Shown in pieces: positions 39,601 through 51,174 of a stretch of 64,000 nucleotides of DNA. Under the pieces are notes generated by a model that was not told the DNA's origin, searched no databases, and saw only the letters and a list, made by a program, of their open reading frames with translations. Position 1 is the stretch's first letter, and the number at the start of each line of letters is the position of its first letter. Where the stretch lies: positions 19,220,001 through 19,284,000 of the forward strand of contig CM022679.1 in NCBI GenBank assembly GCA_012295275.1, written 5' to 3'. Both the position numbers and the translations under genes were made by a program. The DNA is from Chrysomallon squamiferum. Taxonomy: Eukaryota; Animalia; Mollusca.

Positions 39601-42470
39601 CATTAGAAATTATCGTGTTTATTCTTCTAATTTTTCTTGTTTTTTTTCTTGATTATTTATGACTTATGGTATGACATTTTTTAAGAAATAGCCATTTATA
39701 AAATGCATGTTTATTCATCTTGACAATAAAAATTAAGCACTTCTTTCTAAGTATCAGAGATTCATAAATATCCCCATGCTCTGTGTTAATGAACATAATT
39801 ATAATTTGAGTCACTGTTTATATTTAGGTCAGCTACATCATCAGTATGCTAGGCAAACCAAAAGTGGTGTTAATGGATGAACCATCTACTGGAATGGATC
39901 CTGAATCTAAAAGATTCTTCTGGTATGTCAAATAATATTCTTTAATTTAATGAAGTTTTTAAACTGAATTTTTTACACTTGAGAATAATTATTTTAAATT
40001 ATTTCCTCATCATCTTTTCTGATTGTATCAAACAACAAGATTTTCATCAATGGTGTATCTTGCATCTTAGCTCCTTCTAAATTACAAAAATGTATTCAAA
40101 CAGTAGAATTCTCTACAGATAAGAAAAAAGAAAAAATTGTTTTACATATTTAATGTTTGTCTTAAAAGTTGACTTAACAATTTAACATGTGTGTTCTTAA
40201 TTCTTATCAAGATTGTTTTAAACACATATATGATGTAAAATATGAAATGAATGTGTGTTAAACTAATTTGATAAAGATGTATGTGCCCCTTACACTATTA
40301 AACTTTCAAAATGTTTTTTTTTGTTAAATAATAATATTTATGAATTGAGTGGAGAAAATATAATCACACACTAGACAAGAAATAATCATTTAATATATTC
40401 TGTTATCCAACAATCAAAAAATGTTTTCATTTCACTCAGATAAGCAGGTCAACTCTAGAGAAGGCACACATTTTAGTTTCATTCTTATAATTATATAAAT
40501 AGTTCAATCTGGCACTGAGTGGCCAATTAACAACATAAGCTTTCTCTGTATCACAATTGGTTAAAGGGCACCGAGAACCAGAACTAGCAGTCAGTTGTTT
40601 TGACAACATTAGAATAGCACAATTCATTTTTGAACATGTTCTGGTAGCTATCATTTTATGCATACATTAGTTTCACTTTTTACAATGTGTATGAAAATTT
40701 GTTTTAAAGGGACACAATCAGTTCCAGTTTCAAGTCAAGTGGTCGAGGAGCCATTTTAACAACACATTACATGGAGGAAGCAGATGCTTTGTGTTCTAGA
40801 GTGGCCATCATGGTTAATGGTCAACTTCAGTAAGTTTATTGCCTGATGAATAATCCACTGGCAAGAAAAAGAAGGATAACATTTTATAAAAGTTATGCAG
40901 ATACTCTCACAAAAAGTTCTTGATTTCTGGTTTGTTTTAAAAGCTGTACATCTGAAAGTTAAGAGCTGAAAACAGAATAAAGTATCATTAGAATCTTTGT
41001 AGTTAAAATATTTTATACTAAATAATTTTAGAAATGAATGACCAATATAAACAAGATATTTATAAAATGTAAACCTAAATATAAACATTTCCATTTAAAG
41101 ATGCCTTGGACCCACACAGCATCTGAAAGACAAGTTTGGCAGTGGTTATATTCTGGAGATCAAAGTAAAGCAGAACAAAAAACAAAGTAACATTGAAGAC
41201 CAGGTGACTAAACTTGAATCTTACCTTGCTGAGAAGTTCAAAGCTGTAGTCTGTCTGGAACGTTTTGCTGAACGTGGACGATACCGAGTAACTAAGACTG
41301 ACAAGCTGTCACAGTCGTTTCAAATACTGGAGCAGAGTAAGCAGCTTCCTGGATTAATATTTTACATCTAATCATATTTTAATATTAGTGAAAAAAAAAG
41401 GTAGCTACCTAGAAAGAATTGGTTACCCCACTTCATTATGTTTTTATGAGAAATGTAGATTTTTTATCTCCTTTTTTCCTGACAAGAAGTTAACTATCAT
41501 TGTTTTGTATCTATCAGTTAGTGGTTACGTCATGAAATAAGACAACAGACATGTCCATTAGAACAGTGTATATGTGTTTGTCTGAGAAAATAGTTGCCAT
41601 TCATAAGAATGTCATGAGAAAAATAAATAAACTGGAAAATATTTTCTGTTTATGTTTAGTATTTTGAGGTGTTCATTATATTACCAACCTCCTTATCTTT
41701 ATCTTTTTACAATTTTTTTTTTTTTCCACCATTTCAGTGAAAGAGAGCCATGATGTTGAAGAATACAGTTTCAGTCAAACATCACTGGAGCAGGTAGAAC
41801 ATAACCAAAACGATAACTCCATTTAATAGTTCTTTTGTTGTACTTTGTTTTTCTTTTAATTTGTTGAAATGTACAAAAGTTACATAAAAAAATTACATCA
41901 GAAAGAAACAAGTATTCACACTGAAAAGTAAAAAAAAAAAAATTAGAGAGAATAGAAATGAAGCAGTGAGGTAATGAAATGTGACATAAAACAAAACGTC
42001 TTTAACAACCATTAGAAATGATGACATCAGTATGTTCTGATCTACTTTGCATGTTTTATTTTCTGTTTATATAAGAGTGTATTAATAACATGACCTTTAT
42101 AAACATATTTGCTTATTTGTTCAACATCTGAATCTAAAAATGAATTGAAAAAGTTATTGATATATGCCAAAAAAAAATAAGTGTGTCAATGTATTGGTCA
42201 TACACATTTTATTCTATAAAAATTTATATTTAGTCTGCCATATTTAAAAAATGTTTTGCTTAAATTTTATAATTTATTATGAATAGAGTATTTTTGTTAA
42301 ATCAAAATATTAAATTTTTTCATTATTTTAACCATTATTAGGTGTTCTTGGATTTTGCTAAAGAACAGCATGATGAAGAAATGAACCCGCTTGAACGCCA
42401 AAATACCAGCAGTTCATCACTGCGTCGTCATCTTAAATGTGAAGCCAATGAGTCTATCACAGCCATGTAA
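20443..42470 (+). CDS. ABCA5: Full-length ABC transporter subfamily A, ABCA5-like lipid exporter (about 1653 aa, 31 coding exons)
   Basis: Exons: 20443-20529, 22670-23054, 23784-23896, 24693-24913, 25321-25678, 26208-26355, 27837-27996, 28618-28676, 28856-28989, 29216-29368, 29695-29814, 30971-31109, 31617-31707, 31955-32091, 32856-32972, 33186-33509, 34000-34130, 35760-36020, 36418-36549, 36795-36947, 37300-37437, 37686-37775, 38146-38361, 38536-38745, 39089-39261, 39467-39542, 39828-39922, 40710-40829, 41101-41336, 41738-41793, 42342-42470. All are GT-AG and phase-compatible, total 4962 nt. N-terminal [18 protein letters not shown]1: [35 protein letters not shown]2: [28 protein letters not shown]5-type segments [23 protein letters not shown] and [14 protein letters not shown]. 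Confidence 0.92.
26900..27410 (-). mobile_element. Intronic remnant of an SGNH-hydrolase-like ORF of the type carried by Ngaro/DIRS-order retroelements
   Basis: Minus-strand translation [43 protein letters not shown]...[14 protein letters not shown]...IIWSNIL, plus a degenerate DxxH (RDRFHL), matches SGNH blocks I, II, III and V with stops and frameshifts. Confidence 0.6.
27463..27755. mobile_element. Non-autonomous DNA transposon fragment with a ~49-bp internal inverted repeat
   Basis: 27463-27511 (acttggtatacttgttgactgggatcccatagcaccaaatttgaaatat) is the reverse complement of 27638-27686 with about 3 mismatches. Terminal-like gatttgacatggaatgaccc ends at 27755. Confidence 0.65.
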
Positions 42471-45379
42471 AAACAACCAGAATCAGTGATACTTGTATTA
42501 TTCAAAACATACCTGGAAAAACATACAGAGTGATATATTTTCATTATAATGTACATCAAATAAGCAAGAATTTTCAGATGAAATTGTTTTCATGATCTTT
42601 TAAAAAGAAATAAAGGAAACCTTAAGAATTACAGTTAATTACAAAAACAAAATTTGTTTGTTGCATATATTTTAAACATGATGTATGTATATGCATATAT
42701 GCACATATCTTTATATCTATATAATCTTTTGGTGTGTATATTGTTTTTTATTGTTTACTTCTGTTGCATAAATTTTAAATTCTGCATCCAACTTAAGACA
42801 TTTATTTCTAAAACTGTATCATAAAAATATCTTATTCTGTGATTTTGATCAATTCATTAAGACCATGTTTGGATACAGTTATTAGTGTGTAAAAACTGAG
42901 CCTACTAATCTAATCTATATGCAGATATAAAAATTAATTCTATCCACGTTTTATTCCAAAGTTCAGATATAAAATGTATATATCATAATTGTGATAAAAT
43001 CTGAACATGTATAATACATGTCTGTTTTGTTCTTAATGTTTTCATATTTAATATCAATATTTTTGTTTCTAATTTTTAGTACCAATTATTTTGTTTCTTG
43101 TGTAATATATATGTATATATATGTTGTAAAGTGTTTTGTTTGGGAATTTTTTCTATTGTGCTTTTTTGTCATTCTTTTTATTACATTTAGTGGCAAAGTG
43201 ATGTAAGCAATTAAAATTAAGTTTTTTGGGGGGTTATGGAAAAATATAAAAGGATTTTACAAGTCACAAAGCACTGTCATATATATATATATATATACAC
43301 ACACATACAATAGTAATGCATAGATTTCTTTGAAGCTGTCGTTAGTGTTTGATAAATAAGATAACTCCATATTTCACAAAAAAGAATTAAAATTTCCTAA
43401 GTATTTATGTAGGTATATTGATCATTTTAAAGTATATTGGTATTTGGCAATTTTTGTAATTTTTCTTTTTGATTCTAAAGGGTGCAGGATGTTATTACCT
43501 TCTTAAATGTTTTTATTACTATTAATTTTTTATATACTTTTTTTCTTTCATTGGTGTGTTATTTTAAAAATATTGAACAGTATTTCTATAATTAAAAAAA
43601 GTAAAAAAAGTGATTTTGTTTTTCTACTATAGCTTTATTGGTAATTTTTATTGTAACATTATTACATAATTTACTACTTTGATTTTTTTCCTATAATTTT
43701 AATGCTGTATTATGTTTTTTAAAAGGCTTTATTAATTGTAATTAAGTGTATTTGAAATTAGTATTTTGTTTCTCTTATGTAAGTTACCAATCTTATTATG
43801 ATGGTGTTTAAAAATTTGGTAAATACAAATGTATATGAATATTAAAACAAAAATGGACTTACACAGAGTTAATTATTTTAAGTGCTGATTGTATGTACCA
43901 TCTCTTAAGTCTGCTTCAAAATATTTTTCCATATTTCAGTTAATGTTTAAACACAATGCATGGGAAATCCTGATCAAATTGCAGTTGCCAAGAAAAACAT
44001 ATTTAAAACGACAATCGTGGGAGGTTTCCCTTTTATTCAACAAGAAACTTCTGCTAGTTTACATATATCTATAAAAATAAGAATAGTCAATATTTTTTCT
44101 TCTTTTTCTTTTTACCAAGCTCTCCAAAATTTATAACTAGAATAATTATAACAAAGTATATGACTTGCGATAAAATTTGTAATTAGTGTAATAAGTTGTT
44201 AATCCTAACCCAGTTTGTTAAATGAAACGAACGTCAGAGAGGTCAATAAGCTGACTAAAGAAAGTTTATGTAAAAGGAGAAATAAAGAATACTCAAACAA
44301 ATTATAAAGTGCAGGTATCAAATGTTAAGAAGAAACATAATAAACTGTTAAGGAATATGTAATGGCAAGTAGTCGTTTATAAAATACGAATAAAAGACAA
44401 ATCAATAGATGAAGGTTTAGCCCTAAATAGGACATAGGACGTAAGATCAGAAACTTGACAAAGGCAACATTAATATAGCTATAAATAAATAAATAATAAT
44501 GATAATAATAATTAAGTGCTACTTATAAAATCTTCCAGACATCAATAAAATAAATTTAAAAAAAAAAAGAAAAAAAAAGGAATCTGCCTGGCTTTTGTTA
44601 ATATAGAAGCCATGTTATTATTAGTTATGTTGTTTATATATTTTTCATACAAATTGAAAAACACACACATAAAAAACACACATATATTTAAAAAAAAAAA
44701 ATGATAAGAAACATGTGAGGATATAATTATATAAACGTATGTACTGACTTAAATGGAACGAAAGAAATGGTGCTAAAATGAATTCGTAAGTGTAAATTAT
44801 GTGAAAAATATGTAAGCCATTCAAACTTTAAACATGCTTTAATTTAGTCTGCAACAAAATTTTGTTTCATGATGTCGACAAATGATTAAATAGTTCCATG
44901 TTTTCGTGAACATTTATTATGATACCGTACGACCGTTAAATGTAACAACTAAAGTCTATGTGATATAGTATTATATGGTTTTCTACATTTTACAGTTAAA
45001 TACAAATATACATTTTAAAAAATAGTAGAAAAAAACTTAGATATAAAAAACAACAACTAAATTTGTTTTATGAATAACAAATATCTATAAATTATAATAC
45101 TTTTAATGGTATCAAGCTTTAACACCAAATGTGAAGAAAGTATTAAAAAAATAAACTAAATAAAACCAAGATAGAGAGGAAAAAAAAGCCTAGTTTCATA
45201 GAAATTTAAACCATCTGACAATTTATACAAACTCAATTGTGATATAACTAGAAAATAAGTAAAGGCATCCACTGGGCCGGGTGAATCCCATTGTGCCTAT
45301 ATTGGGTCTATAGGAAGATTAGTTAAAATGCACCCCACAGTATAGTGTAATGGGCCTATCTTAAAATGAAAATATCCAA

Positions 45380-45504
45380 TTAAGATTCAAGCATGCTGTC
45401 CTGGGCACACATCTCGGCTCTGGATTGGAGCTGGTTCCAGATTTCGAACCCCTTTGAATATTATAAGCTGTAGGTACAATGGTATTAATCGACTAGGCCC
45501 ACTG
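45380..45504 (-). mobile_element. Degenerate tRNA-derived SINE
   Basis: On the minus strand: A-box-like ggcctagtcgatta, B-box-like ggggttcgaaatc (45441-45452 on +), then a SINE-like body gatgtgtgcccaggacagcatgcttgaatcttaattggata. Confidence 0.55.
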
Positions 45505-46670
45505 TTCATATCTTTTATATGTATTCATAAGTAAAATACCAATCAATAGAAACAAATTTCAGTATTTCACAGTGAAGTTTAGTCCAGAATTCTGAGTAAT
45601 GAGTTGGTTTTTATATTGGTTCTGTGTAGACTTGGGGATGAGGAGAAATGAAAGATGAAGCATTTTGTTGGATGCATGTTATAATGGAGAATGATTATCC
45701 CAGAAATAACACTTTAATTACAGCACTAAAACATGAATTCTTTCACCTACACACTTCAAGGCACATACTTTTGAAGATATTACTTTATTAGACAGGATAT
45801 ATTGTCATCATGTCTTCAGTAATATCAATTAGGCTAGAATATAGGTACTGACATTTAAAAAATAATATTATTCTGTTTGGTAATTACCATTGCTGTATAC
45901 ATATGTGGATATTATTTGTTTTTGTTTTATAATAATAATCAGTATATATATATACTTATACATGTATAAATGATGAAAAGCACTTGTTTCAGAAGTACAT
46001 TCAGTTATATTTTATTTAACCACAGCTCAGCATCACTGACATATTGATGTTTCAGTATAAGACTTCACAAACATGAAGAAAGTGATGAGACAGGGCAGAA
46101 AGAATTGAATCAAAACAAAAAATTATAATACTAGACATTCCACTGGAAGGCATGATAGTGAAAACGAAGATAATAATGCTTGCAAATAATATCTCATTTT
46201 GATTTTCTAAAAAAATCAAATTAGGTATAAAATATTTCTGTTTGTTTACTGTGTTAAATTTATCACACACACACACATGCAGAGAATGACAAAAAATAAA
46301 ATAAATCATACATTACAGGTGATTGTCGTAACAGTCTTAATGGAACAAAAGCTGGAAGAAAATGTAAAGCCAACTTGTATCTCACTTCAGGTTTTGTCTG
46401 GCTTCAAAATGCCATTGACACAGCGTTAATAAAAGTAAGTTTAAGATTTAAGTGTTTTACTTTGCACATCAATGTTTTTCTAAAACAAATTTTTTAATAT
46501 TAATTTTTGGTTTTTCAGCCCAGTAGAGAATTTCTTATTTATCCATTAGTATCTTTAAAATTCTACTCTTTTCTGGTTATTTTATTTTAATTTTTGATTT
46601 ATTTATTTTTAATCATTAGTAAAAAGAATTGTAAAGAAGATAACTGTGTTGTAAGATTATTAATATTTAG

Positions 46671-46729
<59 letters not shown>

Positions 46730-46809
46730 TGTTACTATTATTATCCTTTTTTTTTTCTTTTTAATTTTATTTACCTTAATTTTTTTTTATATTTTATTAA
46801 TTTTTTTTT

Positions 46810-47920
46810 TTCTACAGAAATTCCACCCAGCATTAACCCAAAACACATGCACACACATGCCCCCCTGGAAAACTGACCTCACTTTTTCTTCCAATAATGA
46901 TTTTCAAGCATAAACAATATGTATAAGGACAAGTGTTTTAATACTTCAAAAAATAATAGACCACATATAAAATGAAATTCAGAGTAGTTTGTCCATAGTT
47001 CTCTAGTAAAGTTATGTATAGCAACAGTTCATTCACAAATACATGTTCAACAAAAACCATATATATACTAAGGCACTTCTTACAATAATTCTTTGACACT
47101 TTTCAGTTTTCACACATTGATGTTGTGTGCTATTCCACTCAAACAGTCCAGGACATGTCAGTTTTCAAATGTCTGACCAGTCTCAACAAACGCAGTGAAG
47201 CTTCTTGGTATTTTTGATGAAGTGGTTGAGGTGCTTCTCTGCCAATCATCTGGTTTACTTCCGATTCATTCAGTCCTTGTTCACACTTCAAAAGTCTAAC
47301 ATACTGGCAACCAATGAAGTTGTCCTCAAAGTACTCCAGTATTGGTAACATAGAGTCATCATCATCAGCTTCTGACAGTGTTACTTCATCCACTGGAATG
47401 AATGCAATTGCAGCTGTCTGACAGATCAGTAAAGCAAACTTTTCATCAGTATTTTAACATACTGCCAGACCACTGAATTGAACTTGGCACCAGGTGCATT
47501 GGTTCAAATGAAAGAAGCAACCAGTCACAGTACAGTTTAGCTTTACAGCCATGTTGCCTTCGTCCTTCAGACTCGTAAGTAATCACTGAGTTCCTTCTGT
47601 CAGAAATACACATAATTTTCAAAGGCATGTTTTGGATGACCACACTCTGATTCAGTGAACTGCATCTTATAGAATAGAACATTTATGGTAAAAGGCATGA
47701 CCTTATATACTGTTTCATTCATCTCAGTTATAGAACTTGACAAATCAAAGGAATCTTTAAGAGTCAATCAGCCTGAATTAGTAATTAGCTAACTCTAGTT
47801 AGCTTTGACTAATTTATTGGAATGTTGCTTGAAAATCATTCTGAATGAAACATTAGAAGTAAAATGGGAGGTTGTTGTCCAGGGGACACATACCCGTGGG
47901 AGGGCAATTGTCCTTGTACC
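46810..47920 (-). mobile_element. Degenerate Mutator-like (MULE) element
   Basis: Minus-strand pieces GCKAKL (FLYWCH-like), AAIAFIPVDEV, ILEYFEDNFIG, EQGLNESEVNQMIG..KYQ..LRLLRLV resemble invertebrate MULE transposases. GC-rich terminal-like motifs lie at about 46860 (ccccctggaaaactgacc) and 47865-47920 (gggagggcaattgtccttgtacc). Confidence 0.6.
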
Positions 47921-49799
47921 ATAAATACCTTTGTGTGATATCATAGGCAAGAGTTAGACAGACAGAATTGAGGCAGTTCATAAAAAACAATTGTTATAAA
48001 TTATCAGTGATAATTTTTGAAATGATTATCAAATACAGTAATCATTTTAAAATATTCTTTCCTTCCTTATAGTTAAACAAAAATATGGCTTTAAAGTTGG
48101 ATCCGTAATTAGTATATTTATTCCAAATGCAAATAAAGAAAGAGATACAAATAAGATAAGGTACTCAATAAAAAGTTAGGTTACTGAACTTGGAAGTGAT
48201 ATTTGATTGGTAAACCTGTGATATTAATTTTCTTTCATTTTTTTATTATTTTTTTATTTACATCTTCCCCTAATAATTCTGTTAAATTATGCACAGCATA
48301 AGATTTACTGTTATATTATCACTGTTCTTTACTTGTTAGCAGTTTTTCTAATAATGAGGAAATAATTTAATTCATGTTTTATATAGTTCTTACAATGGAT
48401 TTTGATATTATTTCCAGCATGGTTGTTGACCCAGACAGTGAAGCTGAAAAAGTAATGGCGCTGCTGAAACGATATGTGAGTGGAGTGAAAATGAAACGTT
48501 CACATGGAAAAGAACTTGCCTTTACCATGCCAGTGAATGAAGTGACCAAGTTTCCTGGTTTAGTTATTCTTCTTCCATACACTATTTATTACATTTTAAA
48601 CATTGTTCTAGATCTGTTTAATGTTTCAGTTGACAGACAACTTTGTCAATTAATTTATTTATTTACTTTGTCAAAAATAATGCATAAAGTCTCTCACTTT
48701 TCCATGTGTAAATGTAACTCATAAGTAATGTAAAATCTTTTAACATCCTCGCTTAGAATTTATTAATAAATGTCTTTCCACTGTTTAACAAGCTAAAGCC
48801 ATTGTTACAACAATAAAAAAATAGATAAATAAATACTTAAATCTTTCCCACAGTGACTGAAGTCATTGTTAAAGAAATATGTATTTGTTACTTCAGAGTT
48901 ATTCTCAGCACTTGAAACACCTAATCAGCTTCAGTCCCTGGGTATTAAAGCTTATGGAGTTTCCATGACTACACTAGAAGAAGTGTTTCTGAAAATAGGT
49001 AATGTAGTTAAAATGTGATTAAAGTAATATAATCATCTTCACAGCAATATTTTGTTGCTTTTTTGTTTGCAGTTTTGATGGCCATTGAGAGATGGTCATG
49101 TTGAACATTTCGTTTTTCTTTTCTTGAGAAGTGACATATGCATTCTTTTTTTCTTTTCTTTTAAAAAGAAAAATATGTTTATTAATTCCACTTGCTAAAA
49201 TAAAATACAAAAATAAAAAATCTCGAGTATAAAAATCAATTTAAAAACAGAATACTGGAGGTTGGTCTCCAAAACTGTATGTACTACTTGTAGTTTAAAC
49301 ACTTCAGAATGATCAAAAATAAAAAAATGTATGGATTATGTTTTCTTAAATAGTATTATTTTTTTTTTAATTTTATTTTAGATAGACTGAATCATGAAAT
49401 GTTAAGCAGTGTATTTTAAAGTAATTTTATTTGCTTCAGTGCTATTTTAAAATTTTTTTTTTTTTGTTTGTTAGTATTTACAGAAATTAATTATATATAA
49501 TATTGGTTTTGTATCTTCCTGGCTGATACAGGTTCAGAGAGTGAAGGGAAAGACATTGAGACTTCCCAGCACAGCCACAACACCCTGTTAGAAGTGTCAC
49601 TTGACAATAAAAATCTCAAGAGTCGAAGATTCTGGACACTGCTTAGAGTTTGATTTCTTCTTAAAATTAGAACTATAAAGGCACTGATTTTTCAGATAAT
49701 GATTCCCATCATTTTGGTTGTAATTGGGTGTGTCATTAGCAAGAAGAGTTATTCAGAGGATACATCAGGCCCCATTTTTTTTTTTTCCCACCTTTTCCT

Positions 49800-50325
49800 A
49801 GACTTCGAGAGGCTAAGATGGCTGTTGACCTCACCAAATGTGAATTTAGTCAAGTTCACGTAACATTACTAGGACATGTAGTTGGCCTTGGAAAAGTGTT
49901 GCAAATAACAGCAAAGGTGGATTGCATAATTCAGTGCCCACCTCATACTGCTTGAAAAGAGGTGAGACGTTTACTCAGCATAACAGATTATTATAGTCGT
50001 TTCTGTTCATATTTTACAACTATCGCTGCACCATAGCATCTCTGTTACAGAAGAGTGTTCTCAAGCCTTCCAAGAATTAAATAACATGCTCTGTTCAACA
50101 CCTGTAACGGTGTCATCACATGGCTGTAGATGCTAGTGATGTTGGTTTAGTGGCAGTTCTGTTTCAAAAAGTCACAGTCAGCTAGATCATCCAGTTAGTT
50201 TTTTTTTCAAGAATATTTAGTAAGCATTAGTCTAATGATTTAACTGTTGAAAAGGTAGCTACTGGCTTGATTCAAGTCTTGAAACATTTTCAAGTGTATG
50301 TCAAGTCTGCACTTCACCCAGTAAC
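49800..50325 (+). mobile_element. Ty3/Gypsy pol remnant (RT thumb/connection and RNase H)
   Basis: RLREAKMAVDLTKCEFSQVHVTLLGHVVG..AKVDCI..*KEVRRLLSITDYYSRFC..IAAP; MAVDASDVGLVAVLFQ; DHPVSFF; TVEKVATGLIQVLKHFQVYV; with stops and frameshifts. Confidence 0.88.
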
Positions 50326-50335
50326 TGCTAAATTT

Positions 50336-51174
50336 TGTTGTCCTGTCCTGGGGCCCACAATGTAAAACATCTTGGGTGTTTCATTAAGGTTCAATCTAGG
50401 TCAAAAGGTGAAGTAATAGCCACCTAACAGCCGCCTGACTGAATGATATCACTTTTGGCTCTCGTTTAAGCTTTTTCCTTTTTACTTAATTACCAAATGC
50501 CAGCTCTTTTAAAACAACTCCATGGAGCTGAATAAATAAATTGGCAGAATAAATAAACGTGAGGACGTTGCCGAAAACGAAATTGGTTCTTAATCTTGGC
50601 CATGTTGTTTCAGAGTCGGGTATTTCTACTCATCCTGATAAGAGTTCAGCTGTCAAAGATTGACAGTTCCAAGAGGAGAGACTGAACTGTGGTCATTTGT
50701 TGGACTGGCTATCGAAGGTTCATCTATGCAACCTCCCCTCATTGTTACATCATGTTACTTCTACTTGAACATAGGATTATGATATTATATAATAATATGG
50801 ATAGGGAATGTTGAACTGTAGCAGTTTTACACATGGATAACTCCTCACAGAAGCCATGACTAATGAACTTTAATGGTTAATATTAGTATTAAAATGCATG
50901 TAAGTGACTTTTCCTCAGGTTTAACTGTAATGAACTATATATTAATATGTATTTTATCATATTTTTGTTGAATATATTTGTTTATAATCATCAAGATTTT
51001 GTATTGGTTCAGTTTTGGTTTTGGTTTGATTTGTTCTGATTATACAATTGGAGACACCAGAGTTACAATGTTATATATGATAATATTTCTAAATGAAGGA
51101 TTACCTGTTATTAAAGCCCTTTGAGTTGAAACCCTGTCTTGGTTGTTTGTTCCTTGGACAGTGATTTCATGACA
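50336..51174 (+). mobile_element. Candidate LTR of the adjacent Gypsy remnant
   Basis: Starts TGT..CTGTCC and ends GGACAG..CATGACA (imperfect terminal inversion, TG...CA), with ATTAAA at about 51110 near the 3' end. No second copy is in the window. Confidence 0.4.

Noticed and set aside
45380-45504. tRNA gene suggested by the GGTTCGAA B-box
   Set aside because: No cloverleaf can be built; the context fits a decayed SINE.
46052-46309. Minus-strand hydrophobic ORF with faint resemblance to the start of ABCA exon 2 (FMFVKSYTE vs MAMIKGFTQ in another frame)
   Set aside because: Similarity is too short and splice sites are unclear; cannot be supported without an alignment search.
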